Assembly (NCBI GenBank): GCA_043816185.1
Contig: JBDRIG010000081.1
Location: 1-13,436 of the forward strand
Direction of reading: 5' to 3'
DNA length: 13,436 nt
Source of the DNA: Elusimicrobiota bacterium
Lineage (GTDB): Bacteria > Elusimicrobiota > UBA8919
The translations under genes were made by a program, and so were the position numbers. Shown in pieces: positions 8,039 to 13,436 of this stretch (position 1 is the stretch's first letter; each line of letters opens with the position of its first letter). The notes under the pieces were generated by a model. It was not told where the DNA came from, ran no database searches, and worked only from the letters and a program-made list of their open reading frames with translations.

Positions 8039-8995
8039 TTACCTTCTCCTCATTTGATTAAAATGTTGTACCCGTTGCTGTGCTCTTTGCACAATATTTT
8101 TACTAAACGGGTAATCCTTGATTATTCTTATGTATGATTCTCTCGCTCTTCTGATGTCACCCTCAGATTCACTCGCTCTTCCTATAATAAACAATGCGTG
8201 TGCTGCTATAAGCGGTTTATTTTGATTATTGTGAAAAACATTTTTTGCTTCATTTATAGCATCCTTGTATCGTCTCTCTTTCAACGAACGATAACTTTGT
8301 TTTAGTTGTGGTGGAATAGAAACAGCAGAATCTCCCTCTATTTCCGAACCTGCTCTTGCCCTCGCTCTTGGCCCAATTTCAATTATTTCCGACTCTGATG
8401 GTTGTGGCGATGACATTCCATGCTCTATTTCTTCCACTGGTAATTGTTGTGGTTTTTCTTCCGGCGTTCCAGATATTGATGGTTGTTCTGTTTCAGTATA
8501 AGGTTCATCTTTCCAAGTTTTTTTTATTTTTTTAGATACTGCCACTAATATATCGCCTGTCTCTATTTTTATAACTCTGGTATTGATATCAACTTTTTTT
8601 GTTTTTTTCGAATTTCTACGTTCGCTTTCTTCTATCAGAACTCCTGTTACTATTGCATCGACACCTAAAATCTTGCCCAACTCTTTTGTTGTCTCTTGGT
8701 CAATAATACCTGATTTTCCAAGTTTCATTTCATCCATAATTTTATTTAGCAATGTTCTTTCTACAACCTGCAGTTTTCCTCGTTCTACAATTTTTGTTGT
8801 TAGATATTCGGCGACTATTGTTGAACCGGGTGATCTTCTACCGTCGTAATATTGAAACGGTAGAATGGCAATTTTTTTATTTGTTAATTGTTTTGCACTT
8901 TTTGATATTTTTTTAGCAAGGTAATTGTAAGTGTCAGCAAAACTGAAAGATGCACCGAAAAACAACAACCCAATTATTAAAACAATTTTTCTCAT
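8039..8995 (-). CDS. Secreted protein: signal peptide, FlgO/CsgG-like domain, Pro/Glu linker, C-terminal TPR-like helices
   Basis: MRKIVLIIGLLFFGASFSFA signal; KIAILPF, QVVERTLLNKIMDEMKL, ELGKILGVDAIVTG, INTRVIKIETG; C-terminal AHALF.IG..SE..GD...A...Y..II.DYP. Confidence 0.75.
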   Translation of the reverse strand: MRKIVLIIGLLFFGASFSFADTYNYLAKKISKSAKQLTNKKIAILPFQYYDGRRSPGSTIVAEYLTTKIVERGKLQVVERTLLNKIMDEMKLGKSGIIDQETTKELGKILGVDAIVTGVLIEESERRNSKKTKKVDINTRVIKIETGDILVAVSKKIKKTWKDEPYTETEQPSISGTPEEKPQQLPVEEIEHGMSSPQPSESEIIEIGPRARARAGSEIEGDSAVSIPPQLKQSYRSLKERRYKDAINEAKNVFHNNQNKPLIAAHALFIIGRASESEGDIRRARESYIRIIKDYPFSKNIVQRAQQRVQHFNQMRRR

Positions 8996-9019
8996 TTTAC
9001 AACTCCTTTAATATCACAT

Positions 9020-9496
9020 TTATACCATTGCCAGAATAACAGTATAATTCTTACCGTAAATTTTTGCACACTTAGGACAAGCCGTGTACCAGAAATACAT
9101 TTTTTTTATTTCTTTACCTTTTGATTTAACATAACAATCCATTTCTTTCGCCCACTTCCCTGCATTTTGATAAGAACCTTCGAAAACTTTGGTTAGAAAA
9201 TTACCGGAGATTTTCTCGTTTTGTGCATCAGAAACTTCTTTGTCAACAGCGATATAAAGGTCAGAACACCAGAGTGATTTTTCGTCCGATAGCATAATGT
9301 TTTGCGAATTGTCCGTGCCTGCAAACTTAATTTTTTCAATATTTCTTACGATAACCTTTCCGAAATTGAGCGGAATATGAAAAAAACTTTTGACTGAATC
9401 TTTAATAAATAATTTGTCTTTCCAAGTTATTTCTTTATTATCCCACGACTCCGGATTAAACTTCGGACAACACCCTGTCTCCATTTTTTCATCCAT
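9020..9496 (-). CDS. Conserved hypothetical protein (often annotated 'hydrolase'), terminal Cys motifs
   Basis: 158 aa; N-terminal TGCCPKF.P..WD, FLTKVFEG, C-terminal YTACPKCAKIYGKNY; GGGGGTG SD. Confidence 0.75.
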   Translation of the reverse strand: MDEKMETGCCPKFNPESWDNKEITWKDKLFIKDSVKSFFHIPLNFGKVIVRNIEKIKFAGTDNSQNIMLSDEKSLWCSDLYIAVDKEVSDAQNEKISGNFLTKVFEGSYQNAGKWAKEMDCYVKSKGKEIKKMYFWYTACPKCAKIYGKNYTVILAMV

Positions 9497-9556
9497 ATCA
9501 ACACCCCCTATTATTTTATTTTTTTCTGTCTTTTGAATGCTTCTATAACAGCATTT

Positions 9557-9742
9557 TTAATTTTTTGTTGTATCTTCATTTTGAGCGGAGAATAATTCTT
9601 CCCCATATTTATGGATTATTTTTTCAATTTCTTTACTGCTTTTTGAGGTTAAAAACCCCGCTCCGACCTCCTTTCTAATCGCATAAACAATTTGAGCAAC
9701 CATTTCATTTAATGTAAGTTGTACCCATTCTCTAATTGCCAT
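9557..9742 (-). CDS. Small hypothetical protein, possibly frameshifted (intact end may be 9511)
   Basis: ATG at 9742 preceded by AGAGGG; helical-looking sequence; alternative frame continues KIKNAVIEAFKRQKKIK* after an A6 run. Confidence 0.45.
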   Translation of the reverse strand: MAIREWVQLTLNEMVAQIVYAIRKEVGAGFLTSKSSKEIEKIIHKYGEELFSAQNEDTTKN

Positions 9743-9759
9743 GAAAATACCCTCTAATT

Positions 9760-10248
9760 TCAAAACTTTAATTTCAACTGTTTTTGATATACATTTATTC
9801 TTTTTTCTGAAAGTTTTACATATTCTTTGTTTGTTTCAAAGCCAATATATTTTCTATCGGATTTTAATGCCGAGATTGCTGTTGTACCACTTCCTATAAA
9901 TGGATCCAAAATAATATCTTCCTTAAAAGTGTATAATTGAATAAGACGATACGGTAATTCTTCCGGAAACGGCGCAGGATGACCAATCCTTTTTGCCGAC
10001 TCGGTATTCATCGTCCAAACCGATTTCGTCCATTCCATAAACTGTTCTTTCGTAATAGTATTTTTATGATTTTCGGTATTTCTTTTATATTCGCCTTTTG
10101 AAAAAATTAAAATATATTCGTGTACATCACGCAACACGGGATTGGATGCTGACTGCCAACTTCCCTAAGCCATTGAAGTCCCTGCACTTGAGCCCTTATT
10201 CCAGATTATTTCTCCTCTCATATTAAAACCGATTTTTAACATTATTTT
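9760..10248 (-). pseudogene. Beta-class N4C/N6A DNA methyltransferase, 5'-truncated with in-frame nonsense codon
   Basis: Frame reads MLKIGFNMRGEIIWNKGSSAGTSMA*GSWQSASNPVLRDVHEYILIFSK...HPAPFPEELP...LDPFIGSGTT; TAG at 10165-10167; catalytic (S/D)PPY region absent. Confidence 0.9.
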
Positions 10249-10295
10249 TATTCGAATTGCAAAGCCAACTTCTTCAAAAATTCCTGCTCTGTCGT
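10237..10295 (-). pseudogene. Remnant of a second, diverged apgM 5' end
   Basis: ACG ACA GAG CAG GAA TTT TTG AAG AAG TTG GCT = (T)TEQEFLKKLA versus apgM MIEQEFIKKLA; GGAG SD upstream. Confidence 0.7.
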
Positions 10296-10297
10296 TC

Positions 10298-10654
10298 TTA
10301 TTTCTCCGCATTTATGTCTTTCAAGATACTTTTTATTTTAGGTTTTACTTCAACAATATCTTTTTTTATAACTTTCCAAAGTATTTCAGTATCCGCACCC
10401 GAATAATCGTGAATTAATTTATCACGCATCCCTGCCATACCTTTCCAATTCACATTGCTATATTTTTGTCTAATTGATGCGGGAATGTTCTTTGTGTCTT
10501 CTCCAATAATTTCAAGTTTTCTTACAACAGCACTGACTGTTTTATCATCTTTCAAAAAATCTTCATAACATATCCCCAAAACAAATTCTTCAATTTTATT
10601 TATGCTATCCCAAATATCATTAATAAAAATTTTATAATTTCTTTTCACTTTCAT
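10298..10654 (-). CDS. HEPN-domain (DUF86) ribonuclease toxin, HepT-like
   Basis: DDKTVSAVVRKLEIIGE, W..MAGMRDKLIHDY (R-x4-H-x-Y); start overlaps upstream stop (ATGA). Confidence 0.9.
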   Translation of the reverse strand: MKVKRNYKIFINDIWDSINKIEEFVLGICYEDFLKDDKTVSAVVRKLEIIGEDTKNIPASIRQKYSNVNWKGMAGMRDKLIHDYSGADTEILWKVIKKDIVEVKPKIKSILKDINAEK

Positions 10655-10944
10655 ATAAATACGGTTTCCTCTAATATATTATCCCGTAATTCAACTCTTA
10701 ATGCTTTTTTTCTAACAAGATCTACTTTAGTCTTTAAAACTTTTTGCAGATAATCTTCCAAATCCATAAATTTGAAAATTCCTGGTATTTTACTAAATTC
10801 AACAAGTATATCTATATCACTTCTTTTCCTCGCTTCATTGTGAACGAACGAACCAAAAATACCGATTTCCTTGACACCGAATTTACTTTTCAAAATCGGC
10901 TTATTTTTTTTAAGAATTTGTTTTGCCTCATTTAAGGTTTTCAT
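10651..10944 (-). CDS. Minimal nucleotidyltransferase antitoxin, MntA-like
   Basis: IGIFGSFVHNEARKRSDIDILVEF (GS-x10-DxD), KVDLV; 97 aa; coupled to HEPN gene. Confidence 0.92.
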   Translation of the reverse strand: MKTLNEAKQILKKNKPILKSKFGVKEIGIFGSFVHNEARKRSDIDILVEFSKIPGIFKFMDLEDYLQKVLKTKVDLVRKKALRVELRDNILEETVFI

Positions 10945-10983
10945 AAACCATTATCCCAAATCATCCCCGACTTATCATAAATT

Positions 10984-11013
10984 AGTATATCAATTATTTT
11001 TTATTTAAAGCAA
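10984..11013 (-). promoter_or_regulatory. Putative sigma70 promoter for the MNT-HEPN operon
   Basis: TTGCTT-18 nt-TATACT with extended -10 TG, ~40 nt upstream of the MNT start. Confidence 0.45.
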
Positions 11014-11076
11014 TCTAACAAAACCAACTACAGATTGTTATATGTTGGCTAACAGTTATGCGATGCAGCATTAATT

Positions 11077-11955
11077 TTATTCTTTAGTAGTTTTTCCAAA
11101 AGCCATTTTTAATAAATTTACAATTAAATCCCTGTTTTCCGATAAATCTTGCTTTGAAATTCTTATTCTATATCTATTCCATTTATTATCATATTCCATT
11201 AAGTCTAATTCCGCATCTTCTATTAATTTATCTATTTCGTTTGTTTGTTCTAATCTTATTTCCATTGTTGTGTTTGTTTTTTTAGGTCTAAATATTACAA
11301 AATTATCTGGTTGTCCGTCCTTTGCAAGTCCTATATAAAACTTATTATATTTAAGTTCATATCCGATAGTAAATTCATTTATCAACCCGACTAATTCATC
11401 TGCTAAAGCAACTGTTTTTGAAGTTCTTCTTTTTTCCCAATAATTTCTATCAGTTACTTCTTTAATTTCATCTTCTTCAACCATGCCTAAACTAATCTCA
11501 TTCAAAACAGTGGTGAAAGTTAGCCAGTGATCATTAGCATTTTTGTAAGCTTCCATTTTCATAGCAATCAATGGGATTGAACCATTAAAAATGTTTATTA
11601 CATTTAAGAATCTATTTGTTATGTCTTCGGCAATTATAACAGCACAATGATCATATTGCGGGTATCTTTTTTTCTCTATATCCCAATATTCAATTGTTCT
11701 AATAATGTGACTTTCATCTACTTTTCCAAGCTGGATTTCAACTTCGTATCTTCTTTCCGAATCAGAATCTTGTAATAATAAATCTAATCTGCCAGCTTTA
11801 TGGTGAATTCTTTCCGTGTCCTTTAATATTAAATCGCCCAAACCTAAAATAGACGGGTCATTTGCAATAATTGTTTGCACCCATTTCTCATTTAAGACAG
11901 GGTGGTTTAATAGATTAACTTTTTCTGGTCTAATTAGATTTATTTTGTCATTCAT
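11077..11955 (-). CDS. Putative PD-(D/E)xK-fold (NucS-like) endonuclease with C-terminal DUF5655-like domain
   Basis: NEKWVQ..I..DPSILGLG, GRLDLL, YEVEIQLG..DESHIIRTIEYW, AVIIAE; C-terminal YELKYNKFYIGL...NFVIFRPKK. Confidence 0.7.
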   Translation of the reverse strand: MNDKINLIRPEKVNLLNHPVLNEKWVQTIIANDPSILGLGDLILKDTERIHHKAGRLDLLLQDSDSERRYEVEIQLGKVDESHIIRTIEYWDIEKKRYPQYDHCAVIIAEDITNRFLNVINIFNGSIPLIAMKMEAYKNANDHWLTFTTVLNEISLGMVEEDEIKEVTDRNYWEKRRTSKTVALADELVGLINEFTIGYELKYNKFYIGLAKDGQPDNFVIFRPKKTNTTMEIRLEQTNEIDKLIEDAELDLMEYDNKWNRYRIRISKQDLSENRDLIVNLLKMAFGKTTKE

Positions 11956-11957
11956 AT

Positions 11958-13145
11958 TTATTTCTCTTTCAATGCGGCTATGCCGGGGAGTTCGATGCCT
12001 TCAAGAAATTCCAGCGAGGCTCCGCCACCGGTAGAGATATGAGAAACCTTATCTGCAACACCAGCTTTTTTTACCGCCGATACACTGTCGCCGCCACCGA
12101 TAATTGAAATTGCACCATTTGATGTTGCCTCTGCGATTGCTTTAACAATTGCGTTTGTTCCTACGGCAAACCTGTCAATTTCAAAAACACCCATCGGGCC
12201 GTTTAGGATAATCGTCTTCGCCGATTTGATAACACTGCTATATTTCGTTATGGTCGCCGAACCAATGTCCACACCGAGCCAACCGTCTTTTATTTCAGTG
12301 CTTTTTGTTTCTTCAACGGTTGCATCTGGATTCACTTTGTCGGCTATAATATGGTCGGTGGGCAACAAAAATTGTATTTTTGAAGTTTTTTTAAGAAGCT
12401 CTTTAGCGAGATCAAGTTTGTCGTTTTCAACGAGCGAGTTTCCGACGGAAGTTCCAATTGCTTTCAAAAAAGTATACGCCATCGCACCACCAATTAAAAT
12501 TGAATCTACTTTTGTTGAAAGGTTTTTAATCACTCCGATTTTGTCTGAGACCTTAGCACCGCCCAGAATTGCAATAAAAGGTCTCGCAGGATTTTGAAGT
12601 GCATCGCCAAGATATTTTATTTCTTTTTCAAGCAGAAAACCTGCTGTCGACGGTAAAAACTTATTTACTCCGGCAGTTGATGCGTGGGCACGGTGAACAG
12701 TGCCGAATGCATCTTGAACAAAAAATTCCGCCAGTTCCGAAAGTTGCTTAGCAAACTGCTCGTCATTTTTTTCCTCTTCTTGATGAAATCGCAGGTTTTC
12801 AAGAAGCAAAATTTCCTTCGGCTGCAAGTCGGTGGCAAGTTTTTTTATTTCATCACCAATACAATCCGTCGCGAATTTAACATCTTGCTTCAAAAGTTCT
12901 GATAACCGCTTTGCAACCGGTTTCAACGAAAACTCTGGCGACACTTTTCCTTTCGGTCTGCCCAAATGGGAGCACAAAATAATTTTGCAGTTCTGTTCAA
13001 GCAGATATTTTATCGTCGGGAGTGATTCTTTTATCCGCGTGTCATCGGTTATGCTCTGCGATTTATCAAGGGGCACATTGTAGTCAACCCGCACCAGAAC
13101 CTTTTTACATTTCAAATCAACATCACGAATAGTAAGTTTAAGCAT
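11958..13145 (-). CDS. pgk: Phosphoglycerate kinase
   Basis: [60 protein letters not shown]; true start is ATG 13145 with AGGAGGAGGT SD. Confidence 0.98.
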   Translation of the reverse strand: MLKLTIRDVDLKCKKVLVRVDYNVPLDKSQSITDDTRIKESLPTIKYLLEQNCKIILCSHLGRPKGKVSPEFSLKPVAKRLSELLKQDVKFATDCIGDEIKKLATDLQPKEILLLENLRFHQEEEKNDEQFAKQLSELAEFFVQDAFGTVHRAHASTAGVNKFLPSTAGFLLEKEIKYLGDALQNPARPFIAILGGAKVSDKIGVIKNLSTKVDSILIGGAMAYTFLKAIGTSVGNSLVENDKLDLAKELLKKTSKIQFLLPTDHIIADKVNPDATVEETKSTEIKDGWLGVDIGSATITKYSSVIKSAKTIILNGPMGVFEIDRFAVGTNAIVKAIAEATSNGAISIIGGGDSVSAVKKAGVADKVSHISTGGGASLEFLEGIELPGIAALKEK

Positions 13146-13168
13146 AAAAAAACACCTCCTCCTTTTAC

Positions 13169-13277
13169 CGGGAAGCGAAACAAGAAGTTTCTGCAGAGCC
13201 TCAATTTGCGACTTATTCGTTCCAGGAGCAAATTGCAGAGCGAGTTCTGACGAGCGTCTCAAAGAAACTTATTCCCG
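13169..13277. repeat. Bulged palindromic element A upstream of pgk
   Basis: CGGGAA/TTCCCG, AAGTTTCT/AGAAACTT, CAGAGC/GTTCTG, CAATTTGC/GCAAATTG nested arms. Confidence 0.75.
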
Positions 13278-13320
13278 AGCGCCCTTTAATGCCTTTCACC
13301 TTATATCATCGCAGAGCGAG

Positions 13321-13436
13321 GGGGTTGCTGAGAGGAACCTCACGGAGCACCGCATACACTATTATTTTTCACCTTATGACTTTTAGCGGTGCGAGTGAGA
13401 GCCCGCCCTCAAAGGCGAGGCGTTTCCGCGAAGCAA
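13321..13436. repeat. Bulged palindromic element B (runs off window)
   Basis: TTGCT/AGCAA, GGAAC/GTTTCC, CTCAC/GTGAG, GCACCGC/GCGGTGC nested arms; side hairpin CGCC-CTCAAA-GGCG. Confidence 0.75.

Noticed and set aside
10165..10167. TAG recoding/readthrough in the methyltransferase
   Set aside because: secG and apgM terminate at TAG, and the gene is also 5'-truncated, so nonsense mutation is simpler.
8039..11955. Prophage or autonomous integrative element
   Set aside because: No integrase, transposase, replication or structural genes in the block.
450..13083. Plus-strand ORFs (e.g. 3189..3845, 3860..4237, 7386..7943, 12226..12597)
   Set aside because: Antisense shadows of well-supported minus-strand genes with no recognisable motifs.
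13146..13262. 39-aa N-terminal extension of Pgk
   Set aside because: Strong SD precedes ATG 13145, homology starts there, and the extension translates palindromic element A.

Overview
AT-rich bacterial chromosomal segment with every real gene on the minus strand. Order in transcription direction: pgk, then a ~4 kb accessory block (NucS-like/DUF5655-type putative nuclease, MNT-HEPN toxin-antitoxin pair, DNA methyltransferase pseudogene, two small hypotheticals, secreted FlgO/CsgG-like + TPR protein), then apgM, secG, tRNA-Leu(GAG), tRNA-Gly(GCC), tRNA-Val(GAC), thrS (short form), isocitrate dehydrogenase, ndk, a divergent ackA and a small membrane protein. The most informative signals lie outside annotated genes: (i) a cryptic, synonymously diverged copy of the apgM 5' end fused to the methyltransferase fragment, plus a 9-bp direct repeat bracketing the nuclease/TA module, which together record how the island was built; (ii) a 21/42-bp tandem array derived from the tRNA-Leu 3' end; (iii) short attC-like folds beside accessory genes; (iv) several bulged palindromic elements, one possibly inserted in-frame in apgM; (v) degenerate heptamer repeats in the tRNA-cluster spacers. 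Family assignments come from motif recognition only; no searches were run. I found no complete new multi-gene system.
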